This document shows, piece after piece, positions 8,777 to 18,477 of a stretch of 33,118 nt of DNA. Location of the stretch: contig JBBDTI010000036.1 of NCBI GenBank assembly GCA_040904565.1, positions 7,376 to 40,493 of the forward strand, read 5' to 3'. Positions within the stretch are counted from its first letter, which is position 1. Each line of letters begins with the position of its first letter. The notes beneath the pieces were generated by a model, which did not search any database, was not told the origin of the DNA, and worked only from the letters and a program-made list of their open reading frames with translations. Both the position numbers and the translations under genes were made by a program. Origin of the DNA: Rhodothermales bacterium. GTDB lineage: Bacteria > Bacteroidota > Rhodothermia > Rhodothermales > VXPQ01.

Positions 8777-9799
8777 ATGGCAATTCCAGTCAACGCCCTC
8801 GGATGGGGTCTCGTCGGAGCCAGCACGATTGCTCGCGAGTACATGATCCCCGCCATCAATGCGCATCCCGACAGCAGGGTCGTGGCCGTTATGAGCAGCT
8901 CGGCGGAGCGGGGACGGCGCTATGCGAAACAGAACGACATTCCGACGGCATATGACCGTTTGGAAGACTTACTTGCCGATCGGGATGTGGACGTGGTCTA
9001 CGTCTCCACAACAAACGAACGCCATCACGACGAAGCGCTGGCTGCAGCGGCCGCCGGCAAACATGTCCTCTGCGAGAAGCCACTCGCCCTTTCTTTGGAA
9101 GATGCGCGAGAGATGGTCGAGGCGTGCCGCGAAGCCGGCGTGGTCATGGGTACGAACCACCATCTGCGCAACGCCGCCACCCATCGGACCATCCGACGTC
9201 TCGTACAGGAAGGAGCCATCGGCCGCCCCCTGGCCGCTCGGGTGTTCCACGCCGTACACCTGCCCGAGCACCTTCAGACCTGGCGCATTCAAAATCCTCA
9301 GGCCGGGGCCGGCGTAATCCTCGACATCACGGTGCACGACACGGATACGCTGCGCTTCATTCTCGAGGATGAGGTCGCTGAAGTTACCGCCCTTGCCGGC
9401 CGGCAGGGCCTGGCCGTAGAAGGTGTGGAGGACGCCGCCATGGGGGTGATGCGCTTCGAACGGGGCGTCCTCGCTCAGTTTCACGATGCGTTTACCATCA
9501 AGCATGCCGGCAATGGGCTCCAGGTGCACGGAACCGACGCCTCCATCTTCGCCGAGAACGTCATGACGCAGAACCCCGTCGGTCGAGTATTTTTCCGGAA
9601 GGGCGACGTCGTCGAAGACGTCGACGTTGGTAAGCCCGAAGGGCTGTACGCGCGCGCCGTGCGGCTCTTCAACCAGGCGGTTCGCGGAGAGGGCCGCCCG
9701 GCCGCCACTGGTGAAGACGGCATCCGCTCCCTCGCCGTCGCCCTCACCGCACTCAAATCGACCCGTACCGGGCGACACGAATCTGTCGCCTACGTCTGA
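8777..9799 (+). CDS. afr: Gfo/Idh/MocA oxidoreductase, 1,5-anhydro-D-fructose reductase-like
   Basis: WGLVGASTIARE, VYVSTTNE, CEKPLA, GTNHHLRN, ARVFHAV, GVILDITVHD, QFHDAFT and ATGEDG match my recollection of Sinorhizobium Afr closely. Confidence 0.8.
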   Translation: MAIPVNALGWGLVGASTIAREYMIPAINAHPDSRVVAVMSSSAERGRRYAKQNDIPTAYDRLEDLLADRDVDVVYVSTTNERHHDEALAAAAAGKHVLCEKPLALSLEDAREMVEACREAGVVMGTNHHLRNAATHRTIRRLVQEGAIGRPLAARVFHAVHLPEHLQTWRIQNPQAGAGVILDITVHDTDTLRFILEDEVAEVTALAGRQGLAVEGVEDAAMGVMRFERGVLAQFHDAFTIKHAGNGLQVHGTDASIFAENVMTQNPVGRVFFRKGDVVEDVDVGKPEGLYARAVRLFNQAVRGEGRPAATGEDGIRSLAVALTALKSTRTGRHESVAYV

Positions 9800-9838
9800 C
9801 GCTCCTTCCGTTCCATCGCGACTCCTGCAGGATCCCGC

Positions 9839-11419
9839 ATGCCCGCCCATTCGCTCGTAATCAGCCTCGAAGAGGCAGCGCGCCTCATCGAAAACGACCA
9901 GGTCGTCACGGTCAGTTCTTCGAGCGGACTCGGGTGCCCGGACGCGTTACTGAAAGCCATTGGAGAGCGCTTCCGCTCCGAGGGCGCGCCTCGCGGCTTA
10001 ACCACGCTGCATCCCATTGCGGCTGGAGATATGTACGGCATCGATGGAATCGATCACATCGCCGAGCCGGGCCTCCTCCGTCGTGTCGTCGCGGGCTCGC
10101 TGCCGAGCGGGCCTTCGTCGATGCCCTCGCCTCGTATCTGGCAAATGATTCACGCTGACGAGGTGGAAGCCTACAACCTGCCGAGCGGCATCCTCTTCCA
10201 TATGCACCGTGAGGCGGCCGCGAGACGCCCGGGCGTCCTTACACAGGTCGGCATGGACACCTTTGTTGATCCCCGTCGCCAAGGTGGACGAATGAACGAC
10301 GCCGCGACGGAAGACCTCGTCACGCAGGTCGAGTTCGACGGACAGCAGTGGCTGTACTTCCGCGCCATCCCCGTGGACGTAGCTCTCGTGCGCGGCACGA
10401 CGGCGGACGAGGACGGAAACATCTCGATGGAGCACGAAGGGGCTTACCTGGGTGCCTACGACCAGGCACTCGCCGCGCACAACAACGGCGGCATTGTGAT
10501 CGCGCAAGTGAAGCGGGTCGCCGCCGCCGGATCCATCCCTCCCCAGCAGATTCGCATCCCTGGCGTCCTGACCGACTACGTCGTCCTCGATCCGGATCAG
10601 ATGCAGACGACGCAGACACCGTACGACCCGGCGATTAGCGGTGAGACGAGATGTCCGCGCAGTTCGTTCGAGACCGTCGGATGGGGAATCAAGAAGTCCA
10701 TCGCTCGGAGAGCCGCCATGGAGCTTCGCGCGGGCGAGGCCGTCAATCTAGGCTTCGGCATCTCCGCCCTCGTACCCCGAATCCTGCTCGAAGAAGGGCT
10801 CTCTGATGCCGTGACGTGGGTGATCGAGCAGGGTGCGGTGGGCGGCGTTCCTCTGCTTAATTTTCAGTTCGGCTGCGCGGCGAACGCGCAGGCCGTCGTC
10901 GCATCGCCCGACCAGTTCACCTATTTTCAGGGCGGCGGGTTTGACCGTTCCATGCTCTCTTTCCTTCAGGTGGGCGGCGACGGCAGCGTCAACGTCTCTC
11001 GCCTCTCGGCCCTCCCGCACATCACAGCGGGCGTCGGGGGCTTCATAGACATTACCGCCAACGCACGACGGATCGTATTCAGCGGTACGTTCACCACGGG
11101 AGGCCTGAAGGTGGACGTACGCGACGGCCGCATCTACATCCGCCAAGAAGGGAAGGTGCAGAAGTTCGTGCCCGACATCGAGCACGTCACGTTCAGCGGC
11201 CACCGGGCCGTCGCTACGGGCCAGGAAGTGATCTTCGTTACCGAACGCTGCGTCATCATCCTGGAAACCGAGGGCCTGACCGTAACGGAAATCGCTCCGG
11301 GCGTCGACCTCGAGCGCGACGTGCTGGGCCAGACTGACGTGTCGCTGCGCGTCTGCGACGAACTGAAAGAGATGGAACCGCGCCTGTTCTCGCCCGAACC
11401 GATGAATCTGACGTTGTGA
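9839..11419 (+). CDS. Family I acyl-CoA:acetate/3-ketoacid CoA-transferase (YdiF-like, fused)
   Basis: GMDTFVDPR, RGTTADEDGN, VNLGFGI, catalytic Glu in VIEQG, GGFIDI, VTERCV and EIAPGVDL. Confidence 0.88.
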   Translation: MPAHSLVISLEEAARLIENDQVVTVSSSSGLGCPDALLKAIGERFRSEGAPRGLTTLHPIAAGDMYGIDGIDHIAEPGLLRRVVAGSLPSGPSSMPSPRIWQMIHADEVEAYNLPSGILFHMHREAAARRPGVLTQVGMDTFVDPRRQGGRMNDAATEDLVTQVEFDGQQWLYFRAIPVDVALVRGTTADEDGNISMEHEGAYLGAYDQALAAHNNGGIVIAQVKRVAAAGSIPPQQIRIPGVLTDYVVLDPDQMQTTQTPYDPAISGETRCPRSSFETVGWGIKKSIARRAAMELRAGEAVNLGFGISALVPRILLEEGLSDAVTWVIEQGAVGGVPLLNFQFGCAANAQAVVASPDQFTYFQGGGFDRSMLSFLQVGGDGSVNVSRLSALPHITAGVGGFIDITANARRIVFSGTFTTGGLKVDVRDGRIYIRQEGKVQKFVPDIEHVTFSGHRAVATGQEVIFVTERCVIILETEGLTVTEIAPGVDLERDVLGQTDVSLRVCDELKEMEPRLFSPEPMNLTL

Positions 11420-11498
11420 AGCACAATCTTTCTAAGCGAAGCCGGATCTTGCGGGGACGCTGTCGCTGTGCCGCACGATTTCGCGGAGGTGAGCCTCT

Positions 11499-12290
11499 AT
11501 GAGCGACACGATACGTACGAAGAAGATCAGGCTGTCGCTCGACGGACCGCTCGCATGGGTAACGCTTGACCGACCCGACAAGCTGAACGCGCTCGACAGG
11601 GAAATGCTGGAGGGGCTGGAGACGGCGTCCACTCTGATCGACCGAAACGATCGCGTGCGGGTCGCGCTGCTTACCGGCGCCGGGGATCGGGCGTTTTGCG
11701 TCGGTGCCGACATCAATGCCTGGAGCGAGCTGGAACCACTTGACATGTGGCGCCGGTGGACGCGCGACGGACAGCGGCTGTTCGACTGCATCGCCCAACT
11801 CCGGGTCCCGGTCATCGCCGTCTTGAACGGATATGCGTTCGGCGGCGGGCTCGAACTCGCCCTATCCGCCGACCTTCGCATCGCCGCCGACGACGCCGCG
11901 CTTGCCCTTCCGGAGGCTACGATCGGTACGGTTCCCGGTTGGGCAGGTACCCGGCGACTGCCGCGCCTGATCGGGCCGGCGCGCGCGAAGGAAATGATCT
12001 TCTCGGGTGAGCGCGTCGACGCGCGGAAGGCCGAGCGATGGGGCCTCGTCAACGAGGTGGTGCCCCGGGCGCGATTGATGCACAAGGCTGCGGAAATAGC
12101 CGACCGCATCGCCGAGAACGCTCCTATCCCGGTTCAGATCGCCAAACAGCTGGTGAATACGGCGGTCGGGGAAGCCCAACCCTCCACGATTGAATCCGTC
12201 GCCGGGGGGCTCGCCGCCATGACCGACGACGCCCAGGAGGGACTGGTGGCCTTCCGGGAACGCCGCCCCCCGCGGTTCAGCGGCCGCTGA
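11499..12290 (+). CDS. Enoyl-CoA hydratase/isomerase (crotonase) family
   Basis: LDRPDKLNAL, AFCVGADI, GGGLELAL and LPEATIG; both catalytic Glu positions present. Confidence 0.92.
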   Translation: MSDTIRTKKIRLSLDGPLAWVTLDRPDKLNALDREMLEGLETASTLIDRNDRVRVALLTGAGDRAFCVGADINAWSELEPLDMWRRWTRDGQRLFDCIAQLRVPVIAVLNGYAFGGGLELALSADLRIAADDAALALPEATIGTVPGWAGTRRLPRLIGPARAKEMIFSGERVDARKAERWGLVNEVVPRARLMHKAAEIADRIAENAPIPVQIAKQLVNTAVGEAQPSTIESVAGGLAAMTDDAQEGLVAFRERRPPRFSGR

Positions 12291-12367
12291 CCTGCCGCGA
12301 GAATCCGGCCGGTGCCTGCCGCCTGTGATCGACGAACCTACATACGATTCAAACAAGGATACACATC

Positions 12368-13957
12368 ATGTACGATTACATCGTGGTAGGCGCCGGCGCC
12401 GCCGGCTGTGCGGTCGCCCACCGCCTGAGTGAAGACCCGGACACGTCCGTGCTGTTGCTGGAAGCCGGCGGCAAAGATTCCAATCCCCTCATCCACATGC
12501 CGGCGGGCTTTACGAAGCTCACGAGCGAGGACGTCAACTGGGGCTTCAAGACCGTGCCCCAGGAACACGTAAACCGGCGGGAGATGCACTATCCGCAGGG
12601 GCGCACGCTCGGCGGCAGCACGTCGATCAATGCAATGATCTACATCCGCGGCCACCGGCTCGACTACGACGAATGGCGCACGCTGGGCAACGAGGGCTGG
12701 GGCTACGACGACGTGCTCCCATACTTCAAGAAGGCGGAAAACAACGAGCGCTTCGTCGACGAATACCACGGTAGAGGCGGGCCGCTAAACGTCGCCGATC
12801 AGATACAGCACAACCCGCTCACCAAAGCATTCGTTCGCGCCGCCCAGGAAATCGGCGTCCCTTACAATCCTGACCTGAACGGCAGCCGCCAGGAGGGCGT
12901 GAGCTTCTATCAGGTGACGCAGCGCAACGTTCGGCGTGAGAGCGCAGCAACGGCGTACCTCCATCCGGTCAAGAACCGCCCCAACCTGACGGTCGTAACT
13001 AACGCCATGGCGACCAGGATTCTTTTGGAGAACGGCCGCGCCGTAGGAGTGGAGTACCTTCACCGGGGTAAGAAGATCAGGCAAGCCCACGCCGGTGCGG
13101 AGATCATCCTCAGTGGGGGCGCCGTGAATTCACCCAGACTGCTCCTGCTCTCCGGGATCGGACCCGCTGACGAGCTACGCGCCCTTGGCGTTGACGTGCG
13201 GCACGACTTGCCCGGAGTGGGCAAGAATTTTCAGGATCATATGGACGTATACATCGCTGCGAAGGTTAGCCAGCGGGTTAGCTACAACGGCGAGGACCGG
13301 TGGTACCGCGCGATGCTCCACGGTATCCAGTACCTGCTCTACAAGACCGGCCCGGTGACAGCCTGCGTGGCGGAGGCCGGGTGTTTCGTTTACAGTCACG
13401 ACGAAGTTCGCTCGCCCGACATCCAGATCCACTGCCTACCCGCCTACGTCGTCGATCACGGACGAAAGCGGATACCTGGCGATGGGATCACCATCAATAC
13501 GTGCCACCTCCGTCCCCGAAGCGTCGGGGAGGTCACGCTTCGCAGCCCCGACCCCCTGGACCCCCCGGCGATCGATCCCAACTTTCTGGCGGAGCCCTAC
13601 GACCTTGAGAAATCCATCGCAGGGTTCCGATGGGCACGAAGGATCCTCTCGGCCTCTTCGTTCGAGCCGTTTATCGAGGGTGAGATCATGCCGGGACCCG
13701 ACAGTCAGACGGACGAGGAGATCGCGCAGTACATTCGCCAGTGGTCGAAAACCGACTACCACCCCGTCGGCTCGTGCAAGATGGGACAGGATGAGATGGC
13801 CGTCGTCGACACGCAGCTGCGGGTACGCGGCGTGGACGGACTTCGAGTGGTCGACGCCTCGATCATGCCGAAGCTGATCAGCGGCAACACACAGGCACCT
13901 TCGATCATGATCGGTGAGAAAGGTGCCGCCATTATCCAAGCCGGAGAGGTAATCTGA
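12368..13957 (+). CDS. GMC oxidoreductase (choline/L-sorbose dehydrogenase-like)
   Basis: GAGAAG FAD motif, GRTLGGSTSINAMIYIRG, LLLLSGIG, YHPVGSCKMG, GLRVVDAS and GNTQAP. Confidence 0.92.
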   Translation: MYDYIVVGAGAAGCAVAHRLSEDPDTSVLLLEAGGKDSNPLIHMPAGFTKLTSEDVNWGFKTVPQEHVNRREMHYPQGRTLGGSTSINAMIYIRGHRLDYDEWRTLGNEGWGYDDVLPYFKKAENNERFVDEYHGRGGPLNVADQIQHNPLTKAFVRAAQEIGVPYNPDLNGSRQEGVSFYQVTQRNVRRESAATAYLHPVKNRPNLTVVTNAMATRILLENGRAVGVEYLHRGKKIRQAHAGAEIILSGGAVNSPRLLLLSGIGPADELRALGVDVRHDLPGVGKNFQDHMDVYIAAKVSQRVSYNGEDRWYRAMLHGIQYLLYKTGPVTACVAEAGCFVYSHDEVRSPDIQIHCLPAYVVDHGRKRIPGDGITINTCHLRPRSVGEVTLRSPDPLDPPAIDPNFLAEPYDLEKSIAGFRWARRILSASSFEPFIEGEIMPGPDSQTDEEIAQYIRQWSKTDYHPVGSCKMGQDEMAVVDTQLRVRGVDGLRVVDASIMPKLISGNTQAPSIMIGEKGAAIIQAGEVI

Positions 13958-13958
13958 C

Positions 13959-15446
13959 ATGCAGCTTCCAACCGAACCAGAATGCTTCCAGATGCTGATA
14001 GGCGGGCGCTCGGAGGAAGCGCGCAGCACAATGCGCTATACAACCGAGAGTCCTGCCCACGATGTCGCTGTGGGCAGCTATCCTCTCGCCGCCGCCGAGG
14101 ATGTCGACGCCGCTGTCGGTGCAGCCCGCAGCGCCTTCGACGAGGGGCCGTGGCCGCGACTGCCGGGGGCGCAGCGCGCGCGCGCGCTGCGCGCCGTGAG
14201 TGAGGCGATTCGGTCGCAGATCGACGACCTAGCCTACCTCGAAACGCTGGAGAGCGGGAAGCCCATCGCCCAGGCCCGCGGCGAGATGGAATCGACCGCC
14301 GACCTGTGGGATTACGCCGCCACGCTGGCACGTCACGTTTACGGAGACACGTACAACACGCTCGGCAGCGACAAGCTCGGTTTCGTCTTCCGCGAGCCAA
14401 TCGGCGTGGTGGGCATGATCACACCGTGGAACTTCCCCCTTCTCATCGTCAGCCAGAAGCTGCCGTTCGCGCTGGCGGCCGGGTGCACGGCCGTCGTAAA
14501 ACCGAGCGAACTGACGCCGGGTACGACGCTTCGCCTGGGATCCATCCTCCAGGACACCGGCGTCCCCGAAGGCGTCGTCAACATCGTGACCGGCTTTGGT
14601 GACCCCGCCGGGGCCCGTCTTGCCGAGAATCCCGACGTCGACATGCTCTCCTTCACCGGGTCGACCGCCGTGGGGCGGAAGATCGTCGATGCGTCCCAGC
14701 ACAACCTGAAGAAAGTCTCGCTGGAACTGGGGGGTAAGAATCCCCAGATCGTCTTCGCCGACGCTGATCTGGAGGCGGCTCTCGATGCGGTGGTCTTCGG
14801 TGTCTCCTTCAACATGGGAGAGTGCTGCAACAGCGGCAGCCGGCTGCTCGTGCAGCGGGAGATCGCCGATGAGTTTCAGCAGATGGTGATCGAGCGGGCG
14901 AGAACGGTGCCGGTGGGGGACCCCCTGGACGAATCGACAAAGGTCGGGGCCATCGTCAATCAAACGCAATACGACAAGATCATGCACTACGTCGAGGTGG
15001 GGCGGGAGGAAGGGGCCGCGCTCCGCCTCGGCGGTCGCCCGCTGCCGTCGGACCGGGGACGCTACATCGAGCCGACCGTCTTCGTGGACGTCGAACCGTC
15101 GATGCAGATCGCGCGCGAAGAAATCTTCGGTCCCGTTCTTTCCACCATTCGGTTCGACACGGCCGAGGAGGCCGTCCGCATCACCAACCAGACCATGTAC
15201 GGACTGTCGGCCGGCGTCTGGACGCGCGACGTCGACACCGCCTTTCAGGTAAGCAGCGGCATCCGTGCCGGCACCGTCTGGATCAACTGTTTCATGGACG
15301 GTTACCCCGAGCTGCCGTTCGGGGGCTACAAGGAAAGCGGGCTCGGACGCGAACTCGGACGCTTCTCTATCGACGAGTTCACCGAATTGAAAACCGTACA
15401 GCTCCACCTGGGAGCGCGCACGAACTGGTGGCATCGGCCGGAGTAA
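13959..15446 (+). CDS. NAD(P)-dependent aldehyde dehydrogenase, L-sorbosone dehydrogenase-like
   Basis: ITPWNFP, FTGST, LELGGKNP, catalytic Cys in GECC, EEIFGP. SPAHDV and GDTYNTLG segments recall Gluconobacter SNDH. Confidence 0.9.
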   Translation: MQLPTEPECFQMLIGGRSEEARSTMRYTTESPAHDVAVGSYPLAAAEDVDAAVGAARSAFDEGPWPRLPGAQRARALRAVSEAIRSQIDDLAYLETLESGKPIAQARGEMESTADLWDYAATLARHVYGDTYNTLGSDKLGFVFREPIGVVGMITPWNFPLLIVSQKLPFALAAGCTAVVKPSELTPGTTLRLGSILQDTGVPEGVVNIVTGFGDPAGARLAENPDVDMLSFTGSTAVGRKIVDASQHNLKKVSLELGGKNPQIVFADADLEAALDAVVFGVSFNMGECCNSGSRLLVQREIADEFQQMVIERARTVPVGDPLDESTKVGAIVNQTQYDKIMHYVEVGREEGAALRLGGRPLPSDRGRYIEPTVFVDVEPSMQIAREEIFGPVLSTIRFDTAEEAVRITNQTMYGLSAGVWTRDVDTAFQVSSGIRAGTVWINCFMDGYPELPFGGYKESGLGRELGRFSIDEFTELKTVQLHLGARTNWWHRPE

Positions 15447-15450
15447 CCAC

Positions 15451-17088
15451 GTGCAGCTACTCGCCCCTCTCGACTGGGCATTCGTCGCCGCCTATTTTCT
15501 GCTGGTCTTCGCCGTGGCCTTCGGTGCGGCACGCCGCGAGGGATCGATCCTGCAAACCTCCACCGGCTATTTTCTGGCCGGAAGGCACGCCGGCTGGTTC
15601 GTGATCGGCGCCTCTCTGTTCGCCTCCAACATCGGAGCGGAGCACATCGTCGGGCTGGCCGGCTCCGGCGCGGCCGGCGGCATGGCGGTCGGCCAGTTCG
15701 AAATCCTGGCCTCCCTAATCCTGCTTCTTCTCGGCTGGGTGTTCGTTCCCTTTTACGTCAAGAGCGGCGTGTATACGATGCCCGAGTTTCTCGAACGTCG
15801 TTATTCGCCAGGCGCCCGCTGGTATCTCGCCCTCATCTCCATCGTCGGCTACGTCCTGACCAAGATCTCCGTTACCATCGCCGCCGGCGGGATCGTGTTC
15901 GAGACGCTGATGGGCATCAACTTCTGGACGGGCGCGTTGATCGTCATCGTCGTGACCGGCGTCTACACCGTCTTTGGCGGGCTGCAGGCCGTACTCTATA
16001 CCGATCTCATCCAGATGTTCGTTCTCGTCGGGGGCGCCGTGACAGTGACCGTGGTGGGCTTGAACGAGCTCGGCGGGTGGGACCGGATGGTCACGCTGTC
16101 CGACCCCGGCTATTTCAACCTCTGGAAGCCCGCCTCGCACCCCGACTTTCCCTGGACCGGCATCGTGTTCGGCGCACCCATCCTCGGCGTCTGGTACTGG
16201 TGCACGGACCAGTTCATCGTCCAGCGCGTCCTCTCCGGTAGGGACCAGGGACATGCCCGCCGCGGCACCATCTTCGGCGGACTCCTGAAGCAGCTGCCCC
16301 TCTTCATCTTCGTCGTGCCCGGCATCGTCGCCGCCGGCCTGCTCCAGACCGGCGGCCTGACCTTCGAGGAGAGCGACCAGGCGCTGCCCGCCCTTATCGG
16401 GACCCTCCTACCGACCGGTTTTCGTGGGCTGGTGGTGGCCGGGCTCCTGGCCGCCCTCATGAGTTCGCTGTCGTCGGTCTTCAACTCCTGCTCCACGCTG
16501 TTTACGTTCGACATCTACAAGAAGCTGCATCCGCGGGCCTCCGAACGGCGGCTGGTACGCGTGGGGCAGCTGGCAACGGTCGGGCTCGTCGCGCTCGGAC
16601 TACTCTGGATTCCCCTCATCCGAGTGATCTCGGGCCAGCTTTTCGTATACATTCAGAGCGTGCAGGCCTACATCGCCCCGCCGATCGCAGCCGTATTTCT
16701 GGTCGGGGTCGCGTGGCGGAGGGTCAACGCGCGCGGCGCCATGGCATCTCTGCTTTTCGGCTTCGTCGTCGGGATGGGCCGGCTCGTCGCCGAGCTGATG
16801 AAGGACGATCTCGGCGGTTGGCTCTACTGGTTTGCCGACGTCAACTTCCTGCACTTCGCAGGCATCCTTTTCGTCCTCTGCACGGCTGTGATGGTAGGCG
16901 TGAGCCTTTCGGCGCCGGCACCGGCCGCAGCGCAGATCGCCGGACTCACGTTCGCGACCGCCGAGAAGAGTGAGGAGGAACTCGAAGATATGGGATCGGC
17001 CGGAACCGCCTGGCGGCGCCGAGATCTGTGGGCCAGTCTTGTATTACTCCTCGTCGTCGCCATCGTTTGGCTCTCTTTCACCTCGTGA
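15451..17088 (+). CDS. Sodium:solute symporter (SGLT/SLC5 sugar or polyol type)
   Basis: YFLAGR, SLFASNIGAEH, TMPEFLERRY, WYWCTDQFIVQR and LAALMSSLSS; many TM helices; GTG start. Confidence 0.93.
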   Translation: MQLLAPLDWAFVAAYFLLVFAVAFGAARREGSILQTSTGYFLAGRHAGWFVIGASLFASNIGAEHIVGLAGSGAAGGMAVGQFEILASLILLLLGWVFVPFYVKSGVYTMPEFLERRYSPGARWYLALISIVGYVLTKISVTIAAGGIVFETLMGINFWTGALIVIVVTGVYTVFGGLQAVLYTDLIQMFVLVGGAVTVTVVGLNELGGWDRMVTLSDPGYFNLWKPASHPDFPWTGIVFGAPILGVWYWCTDQFIVQRVLSGRDQGHARRGTIFGGLLKQLPLFIFVVPGIVAAGLLQTGGLTFEESDQALPALIGTLLPTGFRGLVVAGLLAALMSSLSSVFNSCSTLFTFDIYKKLHPRASERRLVRVGQLATVGLVALGLLWIPLIRVISGQLFVYIQSVQAYIAPPIAAVFLVGVAWRRVNARGAMASLLFGFVVGMGRLVAELMKDDLGGWLYWFADVNFLHFAGILFVLCTAVMVGVSLSAPAPAAAQIAGLTFATAEKSEEELEDMGSAGTAWRRRDLWASLVLLLVVAIVWLSFTS

Positions 17089-17098
17089 ACATCCAGGC

Positions 17099-18475
17099 AT
17101 GATCGACCTGAGCGCACGCATTCGTCCGTTCGACCTTCGGCCCAAGATCCGGCGATTCTGGGAGCTTTCGGCTGCGAAGATCCGCGCGGTAGAGCGCGAC
17201 TTCGATGTGGCTCGCGGTGCGCCTGTGTTTACGATAGACGGACGCTATACGACGCGCGGGTGGACGGAGTGGACCCAGGGCTTTCAGTTCGGGTCGGCTC
17301 TACTTCAGTTCGACGGGACGGGCGACGATGCATTCCTGGACCTCGGCCGCCGGAAGACGATCGAGCAGATGGCGCCACACGTCACGCACGCAGGCGTACA
17401 CGATCACGGCTTCAACAACGTCAGCACCTTCGGCACGCTACTGCGCCTGCTCGAAGACGGGCGGTTCGAAGCGGGTGAGTGGGAGCGCAGGTATTACGAG
17501 ATGGCCCTAAAAAGCTCGGGTGCCATCCAGGCACTGCGGTGGACGGCTACCGGCCCGGACGACGGATACATCTATTCGTTCAACGGGCCCCACTCGCTCT
17601 TCGCGGACACGATGCGAACGCTGCGCGTGCTGGCACTGGCACATCAGCTCGGTCACGTTCTCGCCGGCGAGAACGACGAGCGGATCTCGCTTCTCGGACG
17701 GGCCATCCGACATGCGCGGACGACGGCTCGGTACGCGGTTTTCTACGGCGACGGACGTGACGGGTACGACGTGCGGGGCCGCGTGGCGCACGAGAGCATC
17801 TTCAACGTCAACGACGGGACGTATCGGTGCGCGGGGACGCAGCAGGGCTATTCGCCGTTCTCGACGTGGACGCGCGGGCTTGCCTGGGTGCTGCTCGGCT
17901 TCACTGAGCTGGCCGAGTTCATTGAAGCCACCGAGGACGAGCTGGCCGAGCACGGTGGTCGCGGAACAATCAAATCGCTGCTGCTCGCCGCCGCGGCAGC
18001 AGCGGCGGACTTCTACATCGACCACACGCCGGTATGCGGCGTGCCGTACTGGGATACCGGAGCTCCCGGGCTGCACCTCATGGGGGACTACCTCGACCGG
18101 CCGGCCGATCCGTACAATCCGCACGAACCCGTAGACAGCAGCGCAGCGGCCATCGCGGCCCAGGGCCTCCTGCGCCTGGGACGACTTCTGGGGAATGCAG
18201 ACGGCAGACAATACGAGCAAGCCGGCCTGCACGTACTCGACACGCTCCTGTCCCCCCCGTATCTTAGCGACGATGAGCGGCATCACGGTCTCCTCTTACA
18301 TGCCGTATACCACTGGCCGAACCGGTGGGATCACGTGCCCGAAGGGCACGAAGTCGCATGCGGCGAATCCACGATGTGGGGCGATTACCACGTGCGTGAG
18401 GCCGTCCTCTACGTCCAGCGCCTGATCCGGGGCGAGCGATACCTGACGTTCTTCCTCGGACCGTACCGGAATTAG
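17099..18475 (+). CDS. GH88-family unsaturated glucuronyl hydrolase-like protein, no signal peptide
   Basis: WTQGF, HDHGF, ADTM, QGY..STWTRGLAW, PYWD, DSSAAAIAA and WGDY. Start placed at ATG 17099, after the SSS stop. Confidence 0.8.
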   Translation: MIDLSARIRPFDLRPKIRRFWELSAAKIRAVERDFDVARGAPVFTIDGRYTTRGWTEWTQGFQFGSALLQFDGTGDDAFLDLGRRKTIEQMAPHVTHAGVHDHGFNNVSTFGTLLRLLEDGRFEAGEWERRYYEMALKSSGAIQALRWTATGPDDGYIYSFNGPHSLFADTMRTLRVLALAHQLGHVLAGENDERISLLGRAIRHARTTARYAVFYGDGRDGYDVRGRVAHESIFNVNDGTYRCAGTQQGYSPFSTWTRGLAWVLLGFTELAEFIEATEDELAEHGGRGTIKSLLLAAAAAAADFYIDHTPVCGVPYWDTGAPGLHLMGDYLDRPADPYNPHEPVDSSAAAIAAQGLLRLGRLLGNADGRQYEQAGLHVLDTLLSPPYLSDDERHHGLLLHAVYHWPNRWDHVPEGHEVACGESTMWGDYHVREAVLYVQRLIRGERYLTFFLGPYRN

Positions 18476-18477
18476 TC

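Noticed and set aside
12368-15446. betA/betB glycine-betaine synthesis call for the GMC and ALDH
   Set aside because: No BetI or BetT; the sugar operon context and SNDH-like ALDH features argue against it.
16970-17098. N-terminal extension of the GH88 ORF in the track
   Set aside because: Overlaps the SSS gene; ATG 17099 just after its stop is more plausible.
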